DNA of 64,000 nt from an uncultured Methanoregulaceae archaeon (GCA_963717525.1 OY970343.1:1216001-1280000); one strand, 5' to 3'; shown: positions 45,853-57,247, numbered from the stretch's first letter. Program-made: numbers and translations. The notes: generated from the sequence alone by a model not told the origin.

Positions 45853-46000
45853 GAGATAATGCCTCTTTTCCCCGTGTACGATGCCTGCCGCCGTCCCGAA
45901 GGGCGCCCCGCGGCGGCCCTCAATTACCAAATGAGCTTCCCGGTAATCTGCCCCTCCGTGCCCCGTGAGAGGCCCTGAGGCGGGGAACCCTCATTATCTC
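45853..46000 (-). repeat. GC-rich multi-hairpin dispersed element, copy 2
   Basis: Bounded by the inverted repeat GAGATAATG/CATTATCTC with inner TTCCCCG/CGGGGAA; shares 4 exact blocks with 26155-26227. Confidence 0.65.
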
Positions 46001-46101
46001 CAGCTTGCACGAACAAAATCTTCATGAAATCCGATTATCTATTCCTCTCCTCATCACCCCTCTCTATATTACCCGGGCACACCAAACCTCTCACCGGATA
46101 C

Positions 46102-48338
46102 ATGACCTGCATCAGCCACCCCCTCATCCGTCCCGACAGCATCGAGTCGCGGGAGTACCAGCTTGCGATCGCGATGAAGGCTCTGGATGCCAACACGATG
46201 GTGATCCTCCCGACGGGTCTCGGGAAAACTGCCATAGCCCTGCTCGTTGCCGCATCCCGTCTCTACAACGAAGGGGGGAGGGTGCTGATGCTTGCCCCCA
46301 CGAAACCGCTCGTGGAGCAGCACCTCCGTTTTTTCGAGAAGTTCCTGATTGCAAAAAGCCCTGCAGGTTCTGAAGAATCCCCGTTTGCTATGTTCACCGG
46401 GGATGCCCCTCCCGCGGAACGCACTGCAGACTGGGAAAGGGCACAGGTGATCTTCGCGACCCCACAAGTGGTGAAAAACGATCTCATTGCGGGTCGCTAT
46501 ACGTTGCGGGACGTGACCCTCCTGATTGTCGACGAATGCCACCGTGCGGTCGGAAATTACGCGTATGTCTTTCTTGCCCGGCGGTACCACGATACCGCTG
46601 ATAAACCCCTGCTCCTTGCCATGACCGCATCGCCAGGAGGGGCACAGGAGAAAGTCCAGGATGTATGCGCAAACCTCGGCATCGCCCAGATCGAGAACAG
46701 GACCGAGAGCGACCCGGATGTCAGCCCCTATGTTTACGAGCGCGACATCGAAATATACCCGATCGATCTGCCCGCAGAACTCAAGGAATCCATCCATACT
46801 ATTCATACCCTTATCGATGACCGGCTGGGGCTCCTTGCCTCGCTTGGCTTTGCGGTCCCGAAAAGAGATCGCCTCTCGATGAAGGAACTCAATATTATCA
46901 ATGCCCAGATCCAGCAGCGGATCCAGAACCGCGATCCGGCGGGATACTCGGCTGCCTCGGTCTACGCGGAATGCCTCAAGCTCAAGCATGCCGTTACCCT
47001 TGCCGAATCCCAGGGAAGCGAGGTGTTTCGCGGTTATATCGCAAAACTGGTCGCTGAAGGGACAGGGCCGGGGGGAGCAAGGCCAGCCAGCGGCTGAGCA
47101 AGGACCCGGGCTTCCGGGTACTTTATGATAAGACGCTTGGCTGGACCGGGGAGCTCCATCCCAAACCTGCCATCGTCCTTGGTATCGTAAAAGAGCAACT
47201 CGAGTGCCATCCCGACAGCCGCATCATCATCTTTGCCACCTTCAGGGATACCGTGCAGCTTCTCGTAGACTACCTTTCCAGGAACGGGATAGCCTGCGAA
47301 CGGTTTGTGGGCCAGGCAACCAAGGACGCAGAGAAAGGGCTCTCGCAGAAAAAGCAGATCGCTGCCCTCACCCGCTTCCGGGATGGGGAGTTCAAAGTAC
47401 TTATTGCGACATCCGTCGGGGAGGAGGGTCTTGACGTCCCCTCCACCGACATGGTGATCTTCTATGAGCCGGTACCGTCAGAGATCCGTTCCATCCAGCG
47501 AAAGGGAAGGACCGGCCGATCTGCCGCCGGAAGGGTCATCGTGCTCGTGACAAAAGGCACATCAGACGACGTATACCGGTACGTGAGCCAGTCCAAGGAA
47601 CGCCGGATGCAAAAAAATATGCAGCAGATGAGAGGGCATGCAATCTCACCCCCGCAACCTGTGGAGGCAGGCCAGGCGCTTATCGAGGAGTTTACTCCGC
47701 AGGGCCCGGCGATACGGATCGATGACCGCGAGACCTCCTCGAAGGTTGTCGAGGAACTGTCCGGGATGGGGGCGGCTATCCGGCTCGAACGCCTTCCCCG
47801 GGGGGACTATGCGATCGGCGACCGCATCCTGGTCGAACGCAAGACCGCCCGGGACTTTGTCGATACCCTAATCAACCGCGACCTTCTCGGGCAGGCAAAG
47901 GCGCTCGCGGATGCAGTGCCCCGGCCGGTCATAATGATCGAGGGCGGCGATATCTATACCCAGCGGGACATGAACCCGAATGCGCTCCGAGGGGTGCTTG
48001 CTGCGCTCACCATCGATATGGGCATTTCGCTCCTCTTTACAAAAGACGAGCAGGAGACCGCACAGATGCTCTTTGTGCTCGCGAAGCGTGAGGAGGGCGA
48101 GCGGGGGGAGCGCAAGTTCCACCCTCATAAATCGTTTAAATCGATTAAGGAAGAGCAGGAATACATCATATCCGCGTTTCCCGATATCGGCATGAAAAAC
48201 GCAAGGCTCCTCCTCGGGCATTTCGGATCCGTGGAGGCAATTGTTAACGCGGAGATCACGGAACTTGCCGCAGTCAAAGGTATCGGGGAGAAAACGGCAC
48301 AAAAAATTTACGAGACCTGCCGCCGGCCTTACATCTGA
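46102..48338 (+). CDS. hef: Hef helicase/nuclease (SF2 helicase + ERCC4 nuclease + HhH); frameshift in the G-run at ~47073
   Basis: PTGLGKT, DECHR, MTASPG, QRKGRTGR, GDY...VERKT, VKGIGEKTA. Confidence 0.92.
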
Positions 48339-48739
48339 CGCAGGTTGAGGAGCGCTTCTGTCCCGATCTTTACGGCATCCATGAACGCGAGGCAGCGGTC
48401 GGGATCGTCATCGTTTTTGATGCGCTGGCAGAGTATGAGGATCGTGCCGGAGAGTTCTCGGGAGAGCATTTCCGCTTCGGGAGAGCGAGACACTGATGGA
48501 GCCGGGGGAGCCCGGAATGCAGGCTCACCCTTCACCGGCGGGGCTTCGCTGGCAGGAACCGTGGACGGGGATGCTGGCGTCGCCACTGCTACGGGCTTTT
48601 TCTCAGCGCAGACCACGCAGAAGGTCTTTTTTTTATACTCAAAGAGCGGGCAACCGCAGGCGGGGCAGGACTTTTCGAGCATCTTCCCTCCCTTGAGAAG
48701 ATACTCGGCCATGATCTCGTCGTCTTTCCTTTCGGGCAT
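48329..48739 (-). CDS. UPF0148 / Sjogren autoantigen-1-like zinc ribbon protein
   Basis: [24 protein letters not shown]...FCVVC. Confidence 0.88.
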   Translation of the reverse strand: MPERKDDEIMAEYLLKGGKMLEKSCPACGCPLFEYKKKTFCVVCAEKKPVAVATPASPSTVPASEAPPVKGEPAFRAPPAPSVSRSPEAEMLSRELSGTILILCQRIKNDDDPDRCLAFMDAVKIGTEALLNLRQM

Positions 48740-48816
48740 ACTTCACTGTCTGGTTAATATTCAAACTATATATGCGAGTTCTACGTATTAACTACAGGTA
48801 CGCGGTAGGTGATACC

Positions 48817-49080
48817 ATGCCAAATCCCGAAAAAACAATGGAAAACTGTATCCTGATGCTGCAGCACATCCAGGAGGACAGCACAATTCCCCGGAACATA
48901 CGGCGCGTTGCTGATGAGACCCGGACGCTGCTCTCCAACAACGCCAAGGCGATGGGCCTGCGCGCTGCAGAAGCAATCTCAAAAATTGATGAAATCTCAA
49001 ACGATCCCAACATGCCCATCCATGCACGGACACGGATATGGGAGCTGGTATCCCAACTCGAGACCATTCCGCTGGACTAG
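48817..49080 (+). CDS. UPF0147 family protein
   Basis: [10 protein letters not shown]...[16 protein letters not shown]. Confidence 0.9.
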   Translation: MPNPEKTMENCILMLQHIQEDSTIPRNIRRVADETRTLLSNNAKAMGLRAAEAISKIDEISNDPNMPIHARTRIWELVSQLETIPLD

Positions 49081-49368
49081 TCCTGCCGGAGTCATTTTCA
49101 CCCGTTTCTTACTACCCTTTTCTTTTTTCGGCACATCACCTTTCTTTTACCAGAAGAGGGGTCTTATCCACCGGTAGATACGTTCAGCCCTGTTTTTCTG
49201 CAGGGCAAAAGAACCGGGCCTCAATTGGTAAAAATTGATCTAGTCTTTAGCGGTAACATGAAAACACTTCGTTGTGCCCGAGTTGGTACCAAAAGGCAGG
49301 ATGCTTACCGGAAAAATAAAAAATAAAGATTTTTTCCCTGGAACTGGCCGGATACGCGGGAAAAACAC

Positions 49369-49866
49369 TTATGAGATGGTATGGGAAACGGAGGGGATAC
49401 TTATCTGGTCATTGAAGCTGGCCTGGTACCCGTCCGGGAAGGTGATGGTCGTTGTCTGTGGAGCAAAATCTGCAGATATAAACGAGGCATACCACTCATT
49501 CCTCATCTCCTGCTGGGCATTGGCAAACGAGAAGGGAGGTGTGGTTATGATAGTTGAACTCCCGGACTGAGTAACCGTGGCAAAGGAGGGGATGATCACA
49601 TCTGCCGATGACATATCTGCACTGACGACCGTGACCGGCCGGTTAAGGTTGTTCTGCAGGGCATTCTGGAGCTCGGCTGATGGGTCGGCCGCATGGAAAA
49701 AGATCGCTGCCTGTTCCACAAACGAGAGGTCGTACTGCATATCAGCCTGTGCATCCCCGTTCCCGTTCAGGGTGATGGTAAGCGTCTTTGCGGTGAAAGC
49801 CTGTGCCGGCATGACCGCGAGTAAGACAACAAGGATGCATCCCATAAGAAGATAACTAAGTTTCAT
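49369..49866 (-). CDS. Secreted hypothetical protein
   Basis: Signal peptide ending PAQA; beta-rich mature part. Confidence 0.75.
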   Translation of the reverse strand: MKLSYLLMGCILVVLLAVMPAQAFTAKTLTITLNGNGDAQADMQYDLSFVEQAAIFFHAADPSAELQNALQNNLNRPVTVVSADMSSADVIIPSFATVTQSGSSTIITTPPFSFANAQQEMRNEWYASFISADFAPQTTTITFPDGYQASFNDQISIPSVSHTIS

Positions 49867-50061
49867 ACGGTGTCAAGTTTACATTACAATTTTAGCTATA
49901 AAGGGTTGTTGCCTGCTATATCACACCGGAGATATTATACCCAGAGGCAGGAGCCATTTTTCCCCTTGATTAGGTAAGCTTCAGCAATCTAACTGTAAGG
50001 TGTGTGCCGGAAAAAGGGTATATTGGTACATGGGGAATTCACGATCTATGAGAGCCGGCGT

Positions 50062-51054
50062 TCAGATTGATTCCGCGATCTTTACCAGTTCATCGAAGTG
50101 TTTGCTCTTCTTGAAAAGCCACCAGGTGAACCGCTCGACGACCGTAAAAGAGAAACTCCCCCCCGCCGCGTTCGGGTGCCCCCCACCTCCGAACTCCCGG
50201 GCGATCAGGTGACTGACCGGCGGCACTGACCTGATGGAGAACTTCCCGTCTTTCCCGATGATCACCTCGATCTCGGTATCCCTCGCCTTCCGGATGAAAT
50301 GCGCAGTCTCGCTCGGGTACCCGTAGAGCGGGGCAAAGACAATCCGGTACTTTTTTCCGCGGAAGGTCGCGTGGGCCAGGCTGTTCTCCATCATTGCCCC
50401 CATCTCGGCCGTGATCTCCGCGTTCTCGGCCTCGATGAGGGGATCGGAAAAAACTCCCGTCACAAGGCAGTCGCGGACATGCTCCCGGTTTTTCTTTCTC
50501 TGGAGCACCTGCCCCAGAACCGCAGACCGGGGATCGGCATGCTTCCAGAGGTCATAATCGCAAACTACCCGGGCAACCTCGGCTGCTACCGGGTCCTCCG
50601 GTACAAGATCCCGGGCAACGATCCCGGTCGCACAGACACCAGTATCGATATGGAGGAGGGTGACCTCTTTTTTGATCCCTGTGATCTCCTCCTCACGCCA
50701 GCGGTGGTGATCCCGCCACTCGATCACCCAGCCATTCGACCGCGCCTTTGCCGCCACGGTTCCTGCGTCCCGGTGGAATCCGAGGTCCGATATCGAGAGC
50801 AGATCGCCTTTGCCGGGACAGGACGCAATCAGGGAGAAAAGGCCGGGAAATTTCCCTACCGAGCTCCAGACAGTAAACACGCCGGCTTTCCCGAACTTTA
50901 TCCGGTGGATCGCGTCGGCCCCCACGGCATCGAGGTCATTGTGGGTCAGGTGGACGACGTGGGCGGTGCGCGATGCAACGGCACGTGAAAGACCGGCATC
51001 ATCCTCGGACGTGGGCAGGCGGGGCATCCGGTTAATACTGGCATGGCGGGACAT
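50062..51054 (-). CDS. DHH/DHHA1 family phosphoesterase
   Basis: THNDLDAVG, ISDLG, RDHH, GGGGHPNAAG. Confidence 0.9.
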   Translation of the reverse strand: MSRHASINRMPRLPTSEDDAGLSRAVASRTAHVVHLTHNDLDAVGADAIHRIKFGKAGVFTVWSSVGKFPGLFSLIASCPGKGDLLSISDLGFHRDAGTVAAKARSNGWVIEWRDHHRWREEEITGIKKEVTLLHIDTGVCATGIVARDLVPEDPVAAEVARVVCDYDLWKHADPRSAVLGQVLQRKKNREHVRDCLVTGVFSDPLIEAENAEITAEMGAMMENSLAHATFRGKKYRIVFAPLYGYPSETAHFIRKARDTEIEVIIGKDGKFSIRSVPPVSHLIAREFGGGGHPNAAGGSFSFTVVERFTWWLFKKSKHFDELVKIAESI

Positions 51055-51133
51055 AAATAAGAGATGTCAGGGAGTCATTCCCCCTCACCGGGCGTATCAT
51101 TTATTAAGCCCAAATGACAACATTTATACTCCT

Positions 51134-51207
51134 GCCCTAGTAGCTCAGACTGGGAGAGCGCCAGACTGAAGATCTGGTTGTCCCCGGTTCAAATCCGGGC
51201 TGGGGCA
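51134..51207 (+). tRNA. tRNA-Phe(GAA)
   Basis: GCCCTAG/CTGGGGC+A acceptor, D arm GCTC..GAGC, CCAGA-CTGAAGA-TCTGG, CCCGG-TTCAAAT-CCGGG; TATA-like TTTATTAA ~30 nt upstream. Confidence 0.96.
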
Positions 51208-51663
51208 TTCGGACAAAGGGTTACATTCTAATTCTAATTTCGGGCTTAATTTGCCCGTATTTTCCCTTTGGCTTTTACGCATAAAAACTGATCTCTGATA
51301 TTCCGCTCATCGTCGAGCGGGTCATTTTCCTATGATGAGTGCGAAAGATCCTATATGCCTCAAAACAGGGGTTCTTTTCATACGCCACATACTTTTACCC
51401 ATCGATGGGAACTTTTGCCAATAGAACGCGATGGCGAACCTTCTCTCTATATTCCATGGGTATCCTGATGGCACGGGCCTAATGGTTTGCCGGAACAGCC
51501 GGTCCCCGCGTGGTTGGTGTTCCGGGAGGGTTTGCTGTATACGGACTGAACGGTCTAAACAGTGTGAACAACCGTTTTCAGAAGTGAACGAATCGGAAAA
51601 TAGGCCGGGCTGGATACCTTTATTGGCTCGGAAAAATAATTGCCCCATAACGAAGATGAGAGA

Positions 51664-51900
51664 ATGAGCCTTGTTTCCTTTTGCGGGAAGGTAGCGGCGG
51701 GAGTCTCTGTTCTAATTGTGCTCGCAGTTATTGGCCTACTGGTCCTTGCCGTGGTCCTGATAGGTGTTGGAGCTTATGAATCGGCAACAAACCCTCACAT
51801 CACCCAGCAGACAGCGCAGGAGTACCAGCAATTACAGGAGAATATCAGCCATGCGCGGGCAGGGATCTCCGGTGCTGTGGGTAATGTGACGGGGGGTTGA
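51664..51900 (+). CDS. Small single-TM hypothetical protein
   Basis: Long hydrophobic stretch VAAGVSVLIVLAVIGLLVLAVVLIGVGAY. Confidence 0.6.
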   Translation: MSLVSFCGKVAAGVSVLIVLAVIGLLVLAVVLIGVGAYESATNPHITQQTAQEYQQLQENISHARAGISGAVGNVTGG

Positions 51901-52015
51901 ATCGGTTCACGATTCTAATAAGTTGATGGTTAGTATGGAATTGTTAATGTTGTAAAAAATCGGTTACCAAACGCTTTCTTATCAGACTCGTATATTTCAA
52001 AAACATCGCGATCAT

Positions 52016-54175
52016 TTAAAACGGTGAAAGATGAGTGTCGATATATTTTTTGGCAAATTCGGCAACCAACAGGTTTCTCGACAAATAACGATCATATTTC
52101 TCATTGGAAATATTCTGAATCTTCGCTGCAATCTCTTCGGCGGAGGGACAATTTTCAAGAAGCGAGTGATAGATATCCTGAATTTGTGAGGGGGATACCC
52201 CCTTGAATTTTAATGCGATCTCTAGATCCTCTACATCCAATCCGCCGAATGCTTTCCCAAGAATATAGAGGGACCGGTGTTTTGCAGATCCGGTCCAGGT
52301 AAACCAGTACGTATTGGGCCCATCGATCACAAATGAACCTGTTGCAAGTCCCGCCTCCAGAGCGGCAGCCTGTGCCTCTTTCAGTATCAGTTTTGCATTT
52401 TCGTCAAGATACTCAGGGATATAATTGGATGTGAGCAGCTCTCGCATTTTCTCTCGTACCCTTGGGTGAATATCAGAACCAAGCCCCCCCGAATAATGGG
52501 AAGTTTTCCCCCCCTTCGAGGGTATGACATACATTTTCTCTTTTTTCAGATTTAGTTCAATAATTTCCCACCGTTTTCCAGCTAAAATCAGGAATTGACG
52601 AGTTTCAAGGTCTGGAACGAATTGGACACTCCCAATTTTTCGTCCCGCAGATATGACATCAAGTTCAATTGCCGAAACAAATGCCGAATAAAAATCAAAA
52701 TTTTTAACAATTTTTTCCCCTTTTAATCCCAGAATCACAAGTCCGGAGGAATCCTGATCAACCAGATCGGCAATTTTGAGCCCGTGTAATATCTGAATAA
52801 AATCCTCCTGAGTGACATTATGGAACGCACCATCACTAACAAGCGTATCAAAGAGATCCTGAACCGTTGCTCCTCCTCGTTCTTTGATAACGCTCAAAAT
52901 CTGTTGAATCAATGTGGAAAAATGAAAAAGATCCGTTTGTGGTGGTTCGCACCACTTCTGAAACAAAAGTTCGGACATCGCCAGAGCCCGAAGAAATTCG
53001 GGATATAATCTGTCAACAATATTCTCCGTTTTCTCGGGTTGAGAAATAAACATTATGAGGATTGAAGGATCACCCTCTTTACGTCCGCTTCTTCCCAGAC
53101 GTTGGGCTAATGAGTTCACCGACCAGGGAGCACCAATCTGTCCGATTCGGGATACTTTCCCGATATCAATTCCCATTTCCAATGCACTTGAACAAAATAC
53201 AGAGATGTGTGGATTTGATTTCAGGGAATTTTCCACAGTTTCACGTTCGGTTATTGAGAGTGAACCATGAAAAATTTTAATGTTTTCAGGGTTTCCATAT
53301 CTTTTTTCCACGGTTCTTTTAACTGCATCTGTATAGTATTCCAGCATTTGACGACTATTGATGAAGATTAGGGAATTTCCTTTATTTTGCTCATCAAAGT
53401 AATAGATAATATCTTCAATTAAAGAGGGATTTCGAGTTTTCTCATCTGCGCTGTCAGCATCCGGCTCATTATCTGGGAAATATCCTCGGATCAAATAACA
53501 GATATCCTTTTGTTCAATCGGATCTGTGATAAGCGAGACAGAGGAAGGATCTCGTGGGATTAACCACTGTTTTGCCAGTTCGGGATCGCCTATTGTTGCA
53601 GAAAGACCTACAATCCTCACATCTCCTTTACTTTTATGCATCGCCCTAGACAGCAGACTTTTGAGATGGGCTCCTCTTTCTGTTCCAATAAAGGAATGCA
53701 TCTCGTCAATAACAATAAATGAGAGAGATTTAAAAAGATTTGAAAGATCATCCGAGTGATTGATAAACAATGATTCGATGGATTCAGGCGTGATAAGAAG
53801 AACTCCTGACGGATTCTTCAGGAACTTCTTTTTTGGATCGGATCCAACATCACCGTGCCATTTGAAAACGGGGATTTCTGCGGTTTTGCATAATACTTCC
53901 AGACGTTCAAACTGATCATTGATCAAAGCTTTTAAGGGACCAACGTATATGGCAGAGATACCTCCATCATTTCTATCCACTATTTGCGAAAGGATAGGTA
54001 GAAATGCGGCTTCAGTTTTTCCTGATGCAGTTTGTGCAGATATAATCAGATTCTTGTTCGTGTTAAAAATTTCATGGATTGCATCTACCTGAATGGGCCT
54101 TAAGTCCACCCAACCCATTTTGTATAGGATATATTTCAACTTTGGATGAAGTTGTTCGGAAGCAGATTTTTCCAT
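52016..54175 (-). CDS. Lhr-like DEAD/DEAH helicase, Shango SngC-like
   Basis: AQTASGKTEAAFLP, PLKALINDQ, DEMH, LSAT, EMGIDIG, QRLGRSGR; directly downstream of the DUF2791-type ATPase. Confidence 0.88.
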   Translation of the reverse strand: MEKSASEQLHPKLKYILYKMGWVDLRPIQVDAIHEIFNTNKNLIISAQTASGKTEAAFLPILSQIVDRNDGGISAIYVGPLKALINDQFERLEVLCKTAEIPVFKWHGDVGSDPKKKFLKNPSGVLLITPESIESLFINHSDDLSNLFKSLSFIVIDEMHSFIGTERGAHLKSLLSRAMHKSKGDVRIVGLSATIGDPELAKQWLIPRDPSSVSLITDPIEQKDICYLIRGYFPDNEPDADSADEKTRNPSLIEDIIYYFDEQNKGNSLIFINSRQMLEYYTDAVKRTVEKRYGNPENIKIFHGSLSITERETVENSLKSNPHISVFCSSALEMGIDIGKVSRIGQIGAPWSVNSLAQRLGRSGRKEGDPSILIMFISQPEKTENIVDRLYPEFLRALAMSELLFQKWCEPPQTDLFHFSTLIQQILSVIKERGGATVQDLFDTLVSDGAFHNVTQEDFIQILHGLKIADLVDQDSSGLVILGLKGEKIVKNFDFYSAFVSAIELDVISAGRKIGSVQFVPDLETRQFLILAGKRWEIIELNLKKEKMYVIPSKGGKTSHYSGGLGSDIHPRVREKMRELLTSNYIPEYLDENAKLILKEAQAAALEAGLATGSFVIDGPNTYWFTWTGSAKHRSLYILGKAFGGLDVEDLEIALKFKGVSPSQIQDIYHSLLENCPSAEEIAAKIQNISNEKYDRYLSRNLLVAEFAKKYIDTHLSPF

Positions 54176-54191
54176 TTTTTTATCCTTTTAT

Positions 54192-55487
54192 TCATAATTT
54201 CAAATTTGCTAAGTCTCCGGTCGGATTTTTCTTGATTATTGAACTATCCTGCTTGAGTATGTCTTTCCATGACCTATCTGGGTGTGTTTCGAGAAGGGAG
54301 AGAAACTTCACAAAACTTTTTACAGTTTCGCGCGGGTTCATATAGAAATCAGATCCCAAAATTTTCGAGCACTCAGTCAGAAATGCCTTCATTCCTTCAT
54401 CAGTAACTAAATATTTTTCCGTGTCTCCATTGGCAAATACATCTCGGATATTTTCAAGGAGAAGATATGTGTCCTCTGGTGATAGGTTCCCCAATTTGAT
54501 AACAGGACTACGGGAATTTTTCAAATCCGGTGCGATCATCTTTTCAAGAGGGTTTTCTCGCAGTTTATAGTCAAGCGCGGGATAACTCGCAACACCATGA
54601 TGGCTGTCATCTAAAAAATCATCTGTGCCAGCAAAAATAAATCCTATACCACTGGTACTTCCCTGTATACAATCATTAAGTATGTCCAGTATTGTTTTGT
54701 AGTTCGAGTTCCTTGACTGGGCAACGTTCAAATGGTGGGATATGGCTCCCATCTCATCAAGAGTTACGAGAAAACCGGAATATCCTGCTTTCCGTACAAA
54801 TCGTGCCCATAATTTCAGATAATTATAGTAATTACTATCGTCGATAATTGTTCGAACTTTTAAATCCCGTTGTGCATCGGTCTTTGTTGGGTATTCTCCA
54901 TAGAGCCATCGAAGAGAAGCATCCATTAATTCGTCGTTGCCAGATTCAAATCCTTCGAAGTATTTAGTTAGAACCAATTCAAAATCATAACCATTGACAT
55001 AATTCTGAAGATCTTCCTTGAGGTCATTGTGAATCTGGGATAAGATCTGTTTGTTGTCTTTTCCCTCGCTTCGTAGTTTATAATCAACATCAGAAATATA
55101 TCGTTCAATGATGCTTTTGAGAGCACCACCATCAGGTCTTGCTTTTACCGACAAATTATGCATCAATTCCGAGTACAATGCCCGTGCCTTGCCTTGGGTT
55201 GAATATAAGAGATGTCCTTGGCTGATATCCGCATGAGCGACTACAAATTTTCTATCGAGTGCTACAATACGGGAAAGGGTAAGAAAGAAACTTTTTCCGG
55301 ACCCATAACGCCCAATAATGAACCGGATAGCTGTCCCGTCATCTTTAATTCTTTCCAAATCGGTTACGATGGCAGCAATTTCATCATCTCTTCCGACTTG
55401 TATGTGTTGTAGGCCGATTTTTGGAACGAGGCCCACAGAAAGAGACATGAGTATTGCATCCCTTTCCTTTGGTTTAATTTTCCCCAT
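54192..55487 (-). CDS. DUF2791/BrxD-like P-loop ATPase, Shango SngB-like
   Basis: KERDAILMSLSVGLVPKIGLQHIQVGR, Walker A GRYGSGKS, Walker B LVTLDE. Confidence 0.85.
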   Translation of the reverse strand: MGKIKPKERDAILMSLSVGLVPKIGLQHIQVGRDDEIAAIVTDLERIKDDGTAIRFIIGRYGSGKSFFLTLSRIVALDRKFVVAHADISQGHLLYSTQGKARALYSELMHNLSVKARPDGGALKSIIERYISDVDYKLRSEGKDNKQILSQIHNDLKEDLQNYVNGYDFELVLTKYFEGFESGNDELMDASLRWLYGEYPTKTDAQRDLKVRTIIDDSNYYNYLKLWARFVRKAGYSGFLVTLDEMGAISHHLNVAQSRNSNYKTILDILNDCIQGSTSGIGFIFAGTDDFLDDSHHGVASYPALDYKLRENPLEKMIAPDLKNSRSPVIKLGNLSPEDTYLLLENIRDVFANGDTEKYLVTDEGMKAFLTECSKILGSDFYMNPRETVKSFVKFLSLLETHPDRSWKDILKQDSSIIKKNPTGDLANLKL

Positions 55488-55573
55488 AATACCAACTGAA
55501 CTTTCAGAAAAGTCTCCCTAAATCTAGGGAGTACTTTTTATATTCAGACGTATCATGCTAAAGTATGGCCACA

Positions 55574-56935
55574 ATGACAAGGTTGGAACAATTCTTTGAC
55601 GACCTTGGAAACAAGTCAAAGAGTACCGATAAAGGGGTACCGCACGGCAATCTCGCAGTACATGGGATTCATCTACCCCGAGGCAACAAGGGAGCACTGC
55701 GGGGAATATGTAGAGAAGTACTTCAATGAAGGCAGGGATTACCACACCGATTTCAAGAAGTTTATCCAGGTTACGCAGAAAGACAAACCGGGATTGTCTG
55801 CCCTTCAAACGTTCAACACGATTCATTCATTTCTCCGGTTGTGTGATGTAACCTTCACGGATAAGCAAATCAAGCAGCTCAAGAACCAGCTCCCGAAGGG
55901 TGGGGTCATGACTATGGAAGATGACATGGACACGGAAACGATCCGTAACCTCATTCAGCACACGGACATTAAGGGGAAAGCTTTGATCCTTTGTTTAGCG
56001 TCCGGGGGAATGCGCGTCGGGGAACTTCTTCAAATCCGGTGCGATGATGTGGATCTCACCTCAATACCTGCGGTGCTCAAGATCCGAGCAAAGACAGAAC
56101 ACGGAAAGACAAAAAATGGGGAAGGCCGGATCACGTTTATTTCCAGTGAAGCAACCGCTGCAGTACGGGAATGGATGAAGATCCGCGCGGCATATCTCGC
56201 ATCGGTTGCGAACAAGGGAACCGGATTAAAAAACCGAACGACGCCGAAGGACATCAACGACCCCAGGTTATTCCCATTTAGCGGGAACACCGTGAACGAA
56301 CTTTTCCGGGAGGCCGTAATCGCAGTATTCGGAAAGAACGCCGTAGATCCCAATACCTTGCGATCAACCCATCACGTTCATCAGCTTCGAAAATTTTTTC
56401 TGTCTCGAGCTTTCTCTCGCCGTATCGAAGGAAATTGCGGAGTGTCTTGCAGGTCACGCCGGCTACTTAACGGGGAACTACCGCCGGTACACCGTCGCTC
56501 AACTCAAGGAAGAATACCTCAAGGGCGAACATACACTTTACATTGAGGCCATCCGGGAGATCCGGGAAAGTGCCACAAGCACGAAGAAAGAACTCCTCGC
56601 CGTCAAAGACGATCAGAACAAAGACTAACTCCCAGATGCTTTCTCTCCTGATAGAAAAGGATCAGCTGAGGGAAGTCGTAAAGAAGCAAGCGGATGAAAT
56701 TGCCGCATTGAAAGAACAAACCGCGCAGATCGCTGAATTGAAAGCACAAACTGAACAGATTGACACCCTGAAAGAAGAACTTCACCTGCTTGCAGATATC
56801 GTGGACACTCTCGATTACCAGAAGAGAGACCTGATGTCTGAGGATATGAGAAAACAAGAAGACGAATCAATTGCAGAAGGCGGGAGAATAGCAGCAACGC
56901 TGTTGGCATCAAAGAAAAAATCAAAGAAAACATAA
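55574..56935 (+). CDS. Tyrosine recombinase/integrase with C-terminal coiled coil; three apparent frameshifts (~55635, ~56407, ~56622)
   Basis: SGGMRVGEL and HQLRKFF; after frame correction, ECLAGHAGYLTGNYRRY (catalytic H and Y); MTRLEQFFDDL start at 55574. Confidence 0.85.
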
Positions 56936-57179
56936 TTTTTTACTATCCTGCTGGTCTTCAGAAAATAATCATTTACCCTTTCAAGCGCTCAATGCAGGTC
57001 ACCAGGCACTCTCCAGTGAGGGATATTATGGTTTAGTACCTTTTGGATGTTATAATCTGAATCTTTCCTTACACTCCGAAAGAGTGGGAGAACCATGGAC
57101 AACTACGTGTTATGAACGAGGTGGTTTTCTGTCTCTATAATACTCCAAATCGAGCATGCAAAATTTTATGCTCAAAGTA

Positions 57180-57247
57180 TAGATTGCTACGCATAGATTC
57201 TCATACAGATTTCCATCTAGATTCTCCGATAGATTGCAGTATAGATT
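57180..57247. repeat. Six (T/C)AGATT direct repeats with 12-bp periodicity (operator/iteron-like)
   Basis: AGATT at 57181, 57195, 57207, 57219, 57231 and 57243, followed by TTTATA at ~57258. Confidence 0.8.

Noticed and set aside
824..48338. Selenocysteine/pyrrolysine readthrough or programmed frameshifting in the split genes
   Set aside because: The breaks are frame changes rather than in-frame TGA/TAG, they share no slippery motif, and they fit sequencing indels.
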